A DNA stretch of 64,000 nt from Candidatus Nealsonbacteria bacterium (GCA_030601865.1 JAUWAW010000001.1:46433-110432), one strand, 5' to 3'. Shown: positions 15,160 to 23,834, counted from the first letter of the stretch. The notes: generated from the letters alone by a model not told the origin. Translations and numbers: made by a program.

Positions 15160-15521
15160 CTTGATACGAGTTTTTCTACAATTTTTCTAATTTTTTCTTG
15201 AATCACGGGATTATCCACCTCTCGGGAGCGATTCCCAAAAGAGGGCTTCAGATTAATCACAGAATCAATCTCAATCCAGTCATTACCCGTTTTCTCAGGA
15301 TATAGGTTAATACCCCAGGTATGCTCTCTCTTTGAGTTTTCTTGCTCCATAAGAGAGACCTCTTCATCAGAGTGAAGTTCTCCTCCAACTGCCATAATTC
15401 CTTGCTCTACATCTACCACTGCCTTTACTAAATCACCGAACTGCTCTTTGGCAATACGTTTCAATTCTTCTCGTTTTATTGAATCTTTAATAATTATTAT
15501 TGGCATATATAATTTTCCCAA
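15156..15521 (-). CDS. DUF5674-like protein
   Basis: 121 aa; VDVEQGIMAVGGELHSDEE...WGINLYPE pattern recalled for DUF5674 family proteins. Confidence 0.6.
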   Translation of the reverse strand: MGKLYMPIIIIKDSIKREELKRIAKEQFGDLVKAVVDVEQGIMAVGGELHSDEEVSLMEQENSKREHTWGINLYPEKTGNDWIEIDSVINLKPSFGNRSREVDNPVIQEKIRKIVEKLVSR

Positions 15522-15525
15522 TAGC

Positions 15526-15948
15526 CTACTCTACTTCAATACCCATATTCTTGGCAGTGCCTTGTACAATGCGCATGGCCGCTTCAATGTCTTGGGTGTT
15601 GAAGTCAGGCATTTTCTTTTGGGCGATTTCTTTTAACTGGGCTTTGGTGATTTTGGCCACTTTTTTACGATTGGGTTCGCCCGAGCCTTTTTCAATGGCC
15701 GCTGCTTTTTTCAAAAGCTCGGAGGTTAAGGGCTGCTTTAATTTAAAAGTATAGGAGCCGTCTTCATAAACAGTCAGGTCAACCGGAATCTTAAAACCAG
15801 CCATATTTTTTGTTTGGTCATTAAACTTTTGGCAAAATTCAGCAATGTTTATGCCGTGTGGAGCCAAAGCCGGCCCAACCGGAGGAGCAGGGGTCGCTTT
15901 CCCTGCTGGAATCTGTAATTTTACTACTGTCTTGATTGATTTTGACAT
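15526..15948 (-). CDS. rplK: 50S ribosomal protein L11
   Basis: [35 protein letters not shown]... The ORF-track start at 15987 lies inside the hairpin repeat, so the ATG at 15948 is preferred. No rplA follows. Confidence 0.93.
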   Translation of the reverse strand: MSKSIKTVVKLQIPAGKATPAPPVGPALAPHGINIAEFCQKFNDQTKNMAGFKIPVDLTVYEDGSYTFKLKQPLTSELLKKAAAIEKGSGEPNRKKVAKITKAQLKEIAQKKMPDFNTQDIEAAMRIVQGTAKNMGIEVE

Positions 15949-15954
15949 AATGAA

Positions 15955-16090
15955 ATAACCAATAACCAAGATACAATAACCAAACAAATCTCAATAACCA
16001 ATAATCAATAACCAATTATATAATGTTTGGTTATTGGTGTTTGAAGATTGGTTATTGTTTGGTTATTGTTTCTTGTATCTTGGTGATTGA
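15955..16090. repeat. ~130-bp long-hairpin repeat (AATAACCAA arm / TTGGTTATT arm), copy 1
   Basis: About 90 percent identical by eye to 56757-56883 and in the same orientation; lies between the nusG stop and the rplK start. Confidence 0.85.
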
Positions 16091-16093
16091 ACA

Positions 16094-16639
16094 TTATATC
16101 TTCTTAATTTGCAGCGAATCCAACTCAACCGGGGTGTCTCGGCCAAACATATTGACTAATACTTTCACTTTGCCTTTCTCGGCGTCAATTTCTGAGACCT
16201 TGCCATCAAAGTCTTTAAAGGGACCGTCAGTAATCTTGACCGGGTCGCCAATTTCAAATTCAATTTTATACTGCGGTTCTTCCACACCCATTCTTTTTTT
16301 CAAAATGTCAATTTCTTCTTTTGACACGGGGACCGGGGTTGTACCAGCCCCCACGAATCCAGTTACATTGGGCGTATTTCTGACCACATACCAGGAATCA
16401 TCAGTGACAATCATTTCCACTAAGACATAACCAGGGTAAATCTTTTCCTCCACTACCTTTCTTTTACCATCTTTAATCTTAATCTTTTTTTCTTTGGGCA
16501 CTAAAACATTAAAAATTTTATCGTCCATATCCAAGGATTCAATCCTTTGTTTTAGATTTTTGGCCACTGCATCCTCATATCCAGAATAAGTGTGAATAAC
16601 ATACCAGTTTTTCTCTTGCGGTAGTCTTTGTTTAGGCAT
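16094..16639 (-). CDS. nusG: Transcription termination/antitermination factor NusG
   Basis: 181 aa; NGN start WYVIHTYSGYE and C-terminal KOW domain (GDPVKITDGPFKDFDGKV). Confidence 0.93.
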   Translation of the reverse strand: MPKQRLPQEKNWYVIHTYSGYEDAVAKNLKQRIESLDMDDKIFNVLVPKEKKIKIKDGKRKVVEEKIYPGYVLVEMIVTDDSWYVVRNTPNVTGFVGAGTTPVPVSKEEIDILKKRMGVEEPQYKIEFEIGDPVKITDGPFKDFDGKVSEIDAEKGKVKVLVNMFGRDTPVELDSLQIKKI

Positions 16640-16652
16640 ATTTGAGCTCTAA

Positions 16653-16710
16653 TTCAAGATTATATATTTATACATTAGCGAATCAAGGTTCTAGCGGAGC
16701 GTTAGCGAGG
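16653..16710 (-). promoter_or_regulatory. Repeated promoter-like cassette, copy upstream of nusG
   Basis: Minus strand AGAACC..AGAACC-TTGATT(16686-16681)-N16-TATAAT(16664-16659)-CTTGAATT, 13 nt before the nusG ATG. Confidence 0.6.
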
Positions 16711-16717
16711 CAGGTTC

Positions 16718-16918
16718 TTATAATACAAACTTGTTCAGTAAAGTGCTAAATAAAAAGTCCACGCTCCCCAAAAAAATGGCCACAGCAATTGAGGCGCCAA
16801 TAACAATCAAAGTGTATCTCAAAGTCTCCTGACGAGTAGGCCAGTTAACTTTTTTAATCTCTAGTCGCACTTCTTTCAAAAAAGTGACAATTTTTTTAGG
16901 AAAGGCGCTAATAGCCAT
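16718..16918 (-). CDS. secE: Preprotein translocase subunit SecE
   Basis: 66 aa; EVRLEIKKVNWPTRQET followed by a single TM helix; canonical position upstream of nusG. Confidence 0.88.
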   Translation of the reverse strand: MAISAFPKKIVTFLKEVRLEIKKVNWPTRQETLRYTLIVIGASIAVAIFLGSVDFLFSTLLNKFVL

Positions 16919-16923
16919 GTTCT

Positions 16924-16992
16924 TAATTCAAGATTATATATTTATATATTAGCGAATCAAGGTTCTGACGAGCGTTAGCGAGGCAGGTTCTT
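16924..16992 (-). promoter_or_regulatory. Repeated promoter-like cassette, copy upstream of secE
   Basis: TTGATT(16960-16955)-N16-TATAAT(16938-16933)-CTTGAATT; near-identical to 16653-16710 and related to 62704-62829. Confidence 0.6.
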
Positions 16993-17052
16993 AAAAACGG
17001 CCTTGCCGGCCATTTTTTATGGTAGCAAGCTAAAAGCAGGATGTCAACCCAG

Positions 17053-17499
17053 CTATCCAGCTATCTCCACTGACTCAATATAATATTGGTTGAGGATTTT
17101 GGTTAAGATGATGGCCTCAATTGTATAACCTATTTCGTCTTTCTCGTATATCTTGACTATGAAGCGGAATTTATCGTCCGTTAACTTTTCACTCTTTAAA
17201 ATCTCGTAACTTGTAAAATCATTAATTAAAGTAAATTGCTCTTTAAGTTTCTGCTCCATTGCTTGTTCAGTAAGATAAAGATTGGCCTGGGCTTCGTTTT
17301 TCTCAACCCGCGCTAAAATAAATCTATCCAGAATATCTTGAGCCGAGCCCTGTTCCATCTCTTGCTGCTGTTTTTCTAATTTTTCTTCAATCAGAGGAAT
17401 TCTTTTCTTTTCCAGCCGATGATACTGCCAAGCCAAAACCACCTCACCCAAAACAACAATCAAAAGAGCAATAACAAATGCTTTGATAACGTCTTTCAT
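17053..17499 (-). CDS. Hypothetical N-terminally membrane-anchored protein
   Basis: 148-aa ORF with one N-terminal TM helix, directly downstream of gyrB. Confidence 0.55.
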   Translation of the reverse strand: MKDVIKAFVIALLIVVLGEVVLAWQYHRLEKKRIPLIEEKLEKQQQEMEQGSAQDILDRFILARVEKNEAQANLYLTEQAMEQKLKEQFTLINDFTSYEILKSEKLTDDKFRFIVKIYEKDEIGYTIEAIILTKILNQYYIESVEIAG

Positions 17500-17500
17500 A

Positions 17501-19480
17501 TTAAATATCTAAATTTTTGACCTTTTTAGCATGGGTTTGAATAAATTTTTTGCGCGGTAAAACCTCCTCGCCCATCAAAATGTCAAAAATTTGGTCGGCT
17601 TCTTTAACGTTCTCAATGGTCACTTGCAGTAAAATTCGGTTTTCTGGATCCATAGTCGTGGACCATAATTCTTCTGGATTCATTTCTCCCAAACCTTTAT
17701 AACGTTGAATTGAGGGAGTTATCTTTTTTCCCAAAGAACTTAAAATCTCAGTTTTATCTCCTTCAGTATAGGCATATTCAATTTGCTTGCCTGACTGAAT
17801 TTTGTAGAGCGGCGGCTGGGCAATGTAGAGATAACCTTCTTCAATAAGCGGTCTAAAGTATCTGTAAAAAAGAGTTAAAAGTAAAGTCCGAATATGATTT
17901 CCGTCAGAATCCGCGTCGCACATTAGGATTATGCGATGGTATCTCAATTTATCAAGATTAAAATCTTCGGCAATGGCGGTACCCAAGGCAATAATTAAGG
18001 CCTTAATTTCTTTGGAGGTTAAAATTCTATCTAAGCGGGTACGTTCAACATTCAAAATTTTGCCTCGCAAAGGTAAAATAGCTTGAAAATGTCTATCGCG
18101 AGCTTGGCGTCCCGACCCGCCGGCTGATTCTCCTTCCACCAAATAAAGCTCAGATTCTTCTGGTTTGCGAGAAATACAATCAGCTAATTTGCCGGGCAGG
18201 GCCAAGCCCTCCAATATTCCTTTTCTTAAAACTGTCTGACGAGCCGCCTTAGCTGCCTCTCTGGCTTTGGCTGATAAAATACAGTTTTCAATAATGGCTC
18301 TGGCATCTTGAGGATTATGTTCTAAGAAGTCGCTCAGGGTTTCAGAAATCACGCTCTCGACGGCCGGCTTAGCCTCCGGATTGCCCAGTTTTCGTTTGGT
18401 CTGACCCTCAAATTGCGGGTCTTTTATTTTAACTGAGATGACAGTAGTCAGGCCTTCTCGAATATCCTCACCTGATAAATTTGACTCTTTTTCTTTAAGT
18501 AAACCATTCTTACGAGCATAATCATTGAGGGTTCTGGTTAAAGCGGCCCGAAAGCCGGTTAGATGGCTGCCCCCATCTGAAGTACAAATATTATTGGCAA
18601 AGCTTTCTTCAAAGCACTCGTATTCCTTGGTATACTGAAAAGCACTCTCAACAATCATGCCATTTCTTTCACCCTGGCCATAGAAAATATTGGTATGACG
18701 AGGGATATTGCCCCGGATTAAATATTTAATGTAAGAAACAAGGCCCCCCTCAAAATAAAAAGTGGAGGATTTGGGAAGAAGGGCCGAGTGCGTGACCCCC
18801 TCTCTTTGGTCTGAAAAAATTATCTTCACTCCTTTCATCAGATAGGCCTGCTGACGAAGATGATTCAAGATTTTTCTCAGATTGAGTTTTATTTCTTTGA
18901 AAATTTCTGGATCTGGTTCAAAAATAATGCTCGTGCCCGACTTTTTACAGCGGCCTAATTTTTTAAGCTTGGTCTTTGCCTTACCTCGAGAGTATTCTTG
19001 AACATATCTAAACCCCTTTCGACAAACCTCCGCCTTTAAATAATTAGACAAAGCACAAACTGCTGAGACTCCCACTCCGTGTAGGCCTCCAGTGGACGCA
19101 TAAACCTTGCCGCCGAATTTAGCTCCTGCATGCAAGGTGGTCATTACTGTTTCCAGGCCCGATTTTTTAGTTTGAGGATGTTTTTCCACAGGAATACCCC
19201 GACCATTATCTTCAACCTTAACCCGGTTTTTGGGCAAGAGTGTGACCTTAATCTCATTACAATAGCCCATCAGCGCCTCGTCGATCGAATTCCCGATAAC
19301 CTCTACGAGTAAATGATGCAGACCTTCGGGTCCGGTTGAACCAATATACATTCCCGGTCTTTTGCGAACCGGCTCCACTCCTTTCAAAACATAAATTTCC
19401 TCAACGCCGTAGTCATCGCGACGTTTCTTCTTCGCTCGGCTACTTGTCTTTTTAGTTTTGGATGTTTTTTTGGGTGGCAT
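17501..19480 (-). CDS. gyrB: DNA gyrase subunit B
   Basis: 659 aa; GLHHLLVEVIGNSIDEA, GGLHGVG, EGESAGGSG and PLRGKILNVE motifs. Confidence 0.95.
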   Translation of the reverse strand: MPPKKTSKTKKTSSRAKKKRRDDYGVEEIYVLKGVEPVRKRPGMYIGSTGPEGLHHLLVEVIGNSIDEALMGYCNEIKVTLLPKNRVKVEDNGRGIPVEKHPQTKKSGLETVMTTLHAGAKFGGKVYASTGGLHGVGVSAVCALSNYLKAEVCRKGFRYVQEYSRGKAKTKLKKLGRCKKSGTSIIFEPDPEIFKEIKLNLRKILNHLRQQAYLMKGVKIIFSDQREGVTHSALLPKSSTFYFEGGLVSYIKYLIRGNIPRHTNIFYGQGERNGMIVESAFQYTKEYECFEESFANNICTSDGGSHLTGFRAALTRTLNDYARKNGLLKEKESNLSGEDIREGLTTVISVKIKDPQFEGQTKRKLGNPEAKPAVESVISETLSDFLEHNPQDARAIIENCILSAKAREAAKAARQTVLRKGILEGLALPGKLADCISRKPEESELYLVEGESAGGSGRQARDRHFQAILPLRGKILNVERTRLDRILTSKEIKALIIALGTAIAEDFNLDKLRYHRIILMCDADSDGNHIRTLLLTLFYRYFRPLIEEGYLYIAQPPLYKIQSGKQIEYAYTEGDKTEILSSLGKKITPSIQRYKGLGEMNPEELWSTTMDPENRILLQVTIENVKEADQIFDILMGEEVLPRKKFIQTHAKKVKNLDI

Positions 19481-19489
19481 AGTTAAAAA

Positions 19490-21181
19490 TTATTTTCTCA
19501 CTTCCCACGATGGCTCCTTTTCCAAGGCTTTAACTATCTTGGCCATCAGTTTATCAATCTCCTCGGCAGTCAAAGTGTGGTCTTCTGCCTGGAAAATAAT
19601 ATGAAAGGCCAAATTTTTCTTTCCAGCTGGAATCTCTTCTCCTCCATACATATCAAAAAGGTCAACGTCTCGAATTAAAGGGCCGCCAGCCGCATTAATT
19701 TTATTTAAAACCTCTTCCACTAAAACTCCTTGGACAATTATAACCGCTAAATCTCGAACAGCAGCAGGGAATTTAGAAATTGGCTGATATTCATGTTCTT
19801 CTGAAGCCAACTTAATCAGTTTTTCAAAATCAAAATCAAAAGCAACTACCTCTTCAGAAGAAATCTTGCCCAGAAAACCAATCTCTTGATTATCTACCTT
19901 TATCTCAGCGCATTCTCCTTTCTGCCATATGTCAATCTTGCTCTGTTCCGGGGTCGGCTGATAACTATCATACCAGATATTACTTAGGCCAAGTTTTTTT
20001 AACATCAAATCAACCACTCCTTTAACTTGGTAAAAGATATCTATTGTCTTATTCTCGGCTGTCATCAATCCGGCAAGCATTTTTTTCTCCTGTCCGCCAA
20101 GAAATATCTTGCCCAATTCAAAGATTTTGATTTTTTTAAAATTATTTAAATTGTCTTTTACATTTTTGAGCAAATTAGGAATTAAGCTGGGCCGTAAATA
20201 TTTTTGTTTTCTGCTAATTGGGTTGGCTACTTCAATCTCTCCGCCTTGTTCAACAAAAGAATAGTTGTAAACTTCAGAAAAACCAAGTTCTTTCAGAATA
20301 TCTTTTATTCTGTCCTCCCAGAAGATATCAATGTTTCTTTGAGGCGGGATTAAAGAAGCTCTTGGAAAGACCGACTTAATCTTTCCGTAGCCATAAATCC
20401 TGCCAATCTCTTCAATTAAATCCTCCGGTAAAGAAACATCCAATCTCCTGGTTGGCACCTCTACCTGAAACATGAAACCCAAACTTCTTAAAATCTTGGA
20501 TATTTCTCTTTTGGGGATTTTAATTCCTAATAATCTTTCAACATAATCTAAATTTAATTGAATCTTTTTCACTAAAACTTTTTTAGGATAGAAATCTACC
20601 ATTCCCCTAAGCACTTTCCCTCCAGCTATCTCCTGAATCAAAGCGCAAACCCTTTCTTGAGCCAAGTCAATTAAATTTGGGTCTATACCATTTTCAAAAC
20701 GCCAGGAAGCATCTGTTTTTAATTTTAATTTTTGACAAGCGCGCCTTGTTAGCAAACGGTTAAAATTAGCTGCCTCAATAACTATATTTTTGGTTTTTTT
20801 ATCAACACCTGTTGTGTCCCCTCCTTTAATTCCGGCAATAGCAATCGGTTTGTTTGAATCAGCAATAACCAAAATATCTTTGTCTAATTTGTAGGTCTTA
20901 TCATCTAAGGTTTTAATTTTTTCTCCTTTTTTGGCTCTCCTGACAATGATTTTTTTACCCACTTTGTCCAAATCAAAAGCGTGAATGGGCTGGCCCATCT
21001 CCAGCATCACATAGTTGGCCGCATCAACAATATTGTTAATCGGCTGAAGGCCACAGGCCTTTAATCTCTGCTGAATCCATTTTGGCGAAGATTTTACTTT
21101 GACTCCAGTAATTACTTTGGCAGTATATCGCGGACAATCTTCTTGATTTTCAATTTGTAATTTAATAAAATCTTTTTTCAT
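19490..21181 (-). CDS. pheT: Phenylalanine--tRNA ligase beta subunit, large C-terminal segment (B3/4, B5, catalytic-like and anticodon-binding domains)
   Basis: 563 aa; CPRYTAKVITGVKVKSSPKWIQQRL...GQPIHAFD. Starts with the ATG of an ATGA overlap with the 79-aa N-terminal segment. Confidence 0.88.
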   Translation of the reverse strand: MKKDFIKLQIENQEDCPRYTAKVITGVKVKSSPKWIQQRLKACGLQPINNIVDAANYVMLEMGQPIHAFDLDKVGKKIIVRRAKKGEKIKTLDDKTYKLDKDILVIADSNKPIAIAGIKGGDTTGVDKKTKNIVIEAANFNRLLTRRACQKLKLKTDASWRFENGIDPNLIDLAQERVCALIQEIAGGKVLRGMVDFYPKKVLVKKIQLNLDYVERLLGIKIPKREISKILRSLGFMFQVEVPTRRLDVSLPEDLIEEIGRIYGYGKIKSVFPRASLIPPQRNIDIFWEDRIKDILKELGFSEVYNYSFVEQGGEIEVANPISRKQKYLRPSLIPNLLKNVKDNLNNFKKIKIFELGKIFLGGQEKKMLAGLMTAENKTIDIFYQVKGVVDLMLKKLGLSNIWYDSYQPTPEQSKIDIWQKGECAEIKVDNQEIGFLGKISSEEVVAFDFDFEKLIKLASEEHEYQPISKFPAAVRDLAVIIVQGVLVEEVLNKINAAGGPLIRDVDLFDMYGGEEIPAGKKNLAFHIIFQAEDHTLTAEEIDKLMAKIVKALEKEPSWEVRK

Positions 21182-21417
21182 TTTGCATTTTGTATTTTTA
21201 ATTTAGTTATAGCAGCTATCTCTCTGGCAATGCCCAGATGACAAAAACAATCATGCGCTCTATTGGGCAGAACATCAATATCCAAAATCCAATCTTTGCC
21301 TTTTTTCTCAACGCTCTCCACCTCAAAACTATGCATGGTCAAAAGCTGAGCCAAGTCCTTTGGTTTAGGCAGTTTCTTATTAAAAAAAGATTGTAGCCAA
21401 TTGTAAGAGAAAATCAT
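21178..21417 (-). CDS. pheT: Phenylalanine--tRNA ligase beta subunit, separate N-terminal segment (B1-like)
   Basis: 79 aa; MIFSYNWLQSFF...DIDVLPNRAHDCFCHLGIAREIAA matches the PheT N-terminus; no OB tRNA-binding domain. Confidence 0.8.
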   Translation of the reverse strand: MIFSYNWLQSFFNKKLPKPKDLAQLLTMHSFEVESVEKKGKDWILDIDVLPNRAHDCFCHLGIAREIAAITKLKIQNAK

Positions 21418-21419
21418 AA

Positions 21420-21457
21420 CCCTACGAATTACGAATTATTACGAATATACGAATAAT
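21420..21457. repeat. TACGAAT-array element (family 5), 4 heptamers, directly upstream of the pheT N segment
   Basis: ccc-tacgaat-tacgaat-tat-tacgaat-a-tacgaat-aat. Confidence 0.8.
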
Positions 21458-21460
21458 TAA

Positions 21461-22303
21461 TTATTTAATTGCTAAATTTTTGTGTCTTTCCAATCCTTCT
21501 GCATAAAGCTTCTGGATTTGGGCAGCGCTCAGGGCTTGGGAATAGATGCGGACGTCGTCGATGAGGCCGTGAAACTTATCACTATCTGTAAGGCTATAAG
21601 CCCCTATTAAACACTTCTTATCTGGCGTCGCTGTTGGCAAAGAAGACTGACCACCCAAGGCTATCTGTTTACCGTCTACATATATCTTTAAATTCGTTCC
21701 ATCAGCGACGCCAACCACATAATGCCAAGTGTTTAACTCCAAAAAACCACTACCAGAATCAAGGGCACCAAAAGTCCCTTTCAATCTAATACTACCATTC
21801 AACTCAATGCTTAGGATATAGTTGTGAACACTGAAAACCGGAGACTGCCCTTTGCTCAAAATAGTTCTCCAATTATTACGTGAAATTTGCTTTATCCACG
21901 CTCCTACTGTTAATCCGTCAGTAATATCTAAAGTTGAATCAGTCCCGCAATCCACATAATTATCTATTCCGTCAAAACTCAAAGCCATGCCACCAGTGCC
22001 TCCGCCAGGAACTTCTACTCCTTGAGCCTGAACAGCTCCATAAATAGTGCCATCATTACCATAGCCAGACCTGTCAGGAGTTTTATTGCCTTCTATTGTC
22101 TCAAAGCTCCAAATACCAACTGCTTCTGCTCCTAAAGCATTCTGAATTGACTGACTGAATTGTAAGGATTTAACAAGTTCGGCTGCTCTTCTTTTTCCCG
22201 GTAAGTCCAAGGCGACCAAAACAATACTGGCCAATAACCCGATAATCGCAATGGCTACTAATAGTTCAATAACAGTAAAAGAATTTTGTGTCTGGAATTT
22301 CAT
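21461..22303 (-). CDS. Type IV pilin-like (prepilin N-terminal helix) protein with LamG / concanavalin-A-like lectin domain
   Basis: 280 aa; FTVIELLVAIAIIGLLASIVL hydrophobic helix; C-terminal LamG hallmarks (LSFDG..NYVDCG, WHYVVGV, IDDVRIYSQALSAAQI). Confidence 0.8.
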   Translation of the reverse strand: MKFQTQNSFTVIELLVAIAIIGLLASIVLVALDLPGKRRAAELVKSLQFSQSIQNALGAEAVGIWSFETIEGNKTPDRSGYGNDGTIYGAVQAQGVEVPGGGTGGMALSFDGIDNYVDCGTDSTLDITDGLTVGAWIKQISRNNWRTILSKGQSPVFSVHNYILSIELNGSIRLKGTFGALDSGSGFLELNTWHYVVGVADGTNLKIYVDGKQIALGGQSSLPTATPDKKCLIGAYSLTDSDKFHGLIDDVRIYSQALSAAQIQKLYAEGLERHKNLAIK

Positions 22304-22305
22304 TT

Positions 22306-23319
22306 TTAAAATTGTTGCAGAAATCTTAAATCGCCGTTGTAAAACAAACGGATGTCGTTAATTTTGTATTTCATCATAGCTAATCTATCCATGCCTATAC
22401 CAAAGGCAAACCCTTGCCAGTTCTTAGGATTTAGGCCAACAGCTTTAAATACAGCTGGATGAACCATGCCCGCTCCCATTATTTCTACCCAGCCAGTACG
22501 TGAGCAAGTGGAGCAACCCTTTCCTCCGCAGACCAAGCAACTGATATCTATCTCAAAACTGGGTTCAGTAAAAGGAAAAAAGCTTGGTCTGAGACGAATT
22601 TGAACCGGCTTGCCAAAGAATCTTTTGAAAAACTCTTCAATAATGGCTTTAAAATTACTAGCTGAAACATTTTTATCCACCATTAACCCTTCAACTTGAT
22701 AAAAGTTAATCTCATGAGAAGCATCAGTTGCTTCATGCCGGAAAATTCTTCCCGGAACAATAATCCTCAGGGGTGGCTGATTCTTTTCCATATATCTAAT
22801 CTGCACCGGCGAAGTATGAGTACGGAGTAAACGTCCGTTCTTTAAATAAAACGTATCCCACATATCTCTGGCAGGGTGTTCTTTGGGGATATTCAAGGCA
22901 TCAAAATTATACCATTCTGTTTCAATTTCCGGACCCTCAACCACTGAAAAACCCATCTGTTGGAAAATCTCCTCTGTTTTTCTTTTTACCTGGGTTAACG
23001 GATGGAGATGGCCGACAATCGGTTTTTTACCGGGCGCTGTCACATCAATCCATTCTTTCTCTTCCATTTCTTTGACCGCTTTTTGCTTAAGTTGCCGAGC
23101 TTTCTTATCAAACAAGATGGTTAAAGAATTCTTAACCTCATTTGCCTTTTTACCCAAGAGCTGTCTTTTTTTGGCTGGTAAATTTTTTAAAGAACGCAAA
23201 ACCTGGGTAACTTCTCCCTTTTTACCTAAATATTTTTTGTAAAGAGTATTGAGGGCTTTCAAATCTTGAGCCCTTTTTATTTCTCCTGAGGCGGTTTTTT
23301 TGAGACGAAAAATGTCCAT
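22306..23319 (-). CDS. pheS: Phenylalanine--tRNA ligase alpha subunit
   Basis: 337 aa; HPLTQV, FRHEATDASHEINFYQVEGL and GAGMVHP class II motifs. Confidence 0.95.
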   Translation of the reverse strand: MDIFRLKKTASGEIKRAQDLKALNTLYKKYLGKKGEVTQVLRSLKNLPAKKRQLLGKKANEVKNSLTILFDKKARQLKQKAVKEMEEKEWIDVTAPGKKPIVGHLHPLTQVKRKTEEIFQQMGFSVVEGPEIETEWYNFDALNIPKEHPARDMWDTFYLKNGRLLRTHTSPVQIRYMEKNQPPLRIIVPGRIFRHEATDASHEINFYQVEGLMVDKNVSASNFKAIIEEFFKRFFGKPVQIRLRPSFFPFTEPSFEIDISCLVCGGKGCSTCSRTGWVEIMGAGMVHPAVFKAVGLNPKNWQGFAFGIGMDRLAMMKYKINDIRLFYNGDLRFLQQF

Positions 23320-23415
23320 ACATCTGTTCTCATTTTACCCTATTCCTAATGCAAAATCAACCAAAAAGTGTGGATAAAAAAATAGAGCGAATGGCTCAAT
23401 ATATACAAGAAACAT

Positions 23416-23453
23416 GTCAAGCGCTTGACCTTGTTTTAGGTTTTTGTTATCAT
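23416..23453 (+). promoter_or_regulatory. Promoter with overlapping 14-bp palindrome (operator candidate)
   Basis: Palindrome GTCAAGCGCTTGAC (23416-23429) overlaps TTGACC (23425-23430); N17; TATCAT (23448-23453); ATG at 23460 gives a leaderless-type spacing. Confidence 0.5.
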
Positions 23454-23459
23454 TAATAA

Positions 23460-23834
23460 ATGTCGTTGCGGAAGTTAGTTTTGCAATTAGGAGTTGGGGT
23501 TTTAGGGCTTTATTTAGCGGTCAGGTTTGTCCCTGAAATTGAGCTTACGAAAGGAATAAAAACTCTAATCTTGGCTGGCCTTGTTTTGGGCTTTCTTAAC
23601 TATTTTATCAAACCTGTCCTCAAAACAATCAGCCTGCCTCTAAGAATTTTAACTCTTGGTCTTTTTAGTTTTGTCATTAATATGGGCTTGATCTGGGCAG
23701 TAGACATTATTTTCCCTGACTTAATAATTAAGGGACTTTTGCCTCTTTTCTGGACCGCGCTCATTATCTGGGGACTGGGACTTCTTTTACCTCTTCTCAT
23801 TCCCAAAAAGAAGACAGTCCCTGTTAACGAATAA
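23460..23834 (+). CDS. Four-TM membrane protein, phage holin family IV / DUF360-like
   Basis: 124 aa; FLNYFIKPVLKTISLPLRILTLGLFSFVINMGLIW pattern. Confidence 0.6.
   Translation: MSLRKLVLQLGVGVLGLYLAVRFVPEIELTKGIKTLILAGLVLGFLNYFIKPVLKTISLPLRILTLGLFSFVINMGLIWAVDIIFPDLIIKGLLPLFWTALIIWGLGLLLPLLIPKKKTVPVNE

Noticed and set aside
16023-16430. ORFs 16023-16430 (+), 56828-57055 (+) and 56835-57209 (+) sharing the peptide KIGYCLVIVSCILVI
   Set aside because: The shared peptide is simply the translated G/T-rich arm of the 130-bp hairpin repeat. The rest of each ORF is antisense to nusG or rplU.
21178-21181. UGA-as-glycine (code 25) read-through to explain the pheT split
   Set aside because: Reading through the TGA in the first frame gives KKILLNYKLKIKKIVRDILPK and then a stop, which is not PheT sequence. 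The second ORF is in a different frame, and other genes end cleanly on TGA, so the standard code applies.
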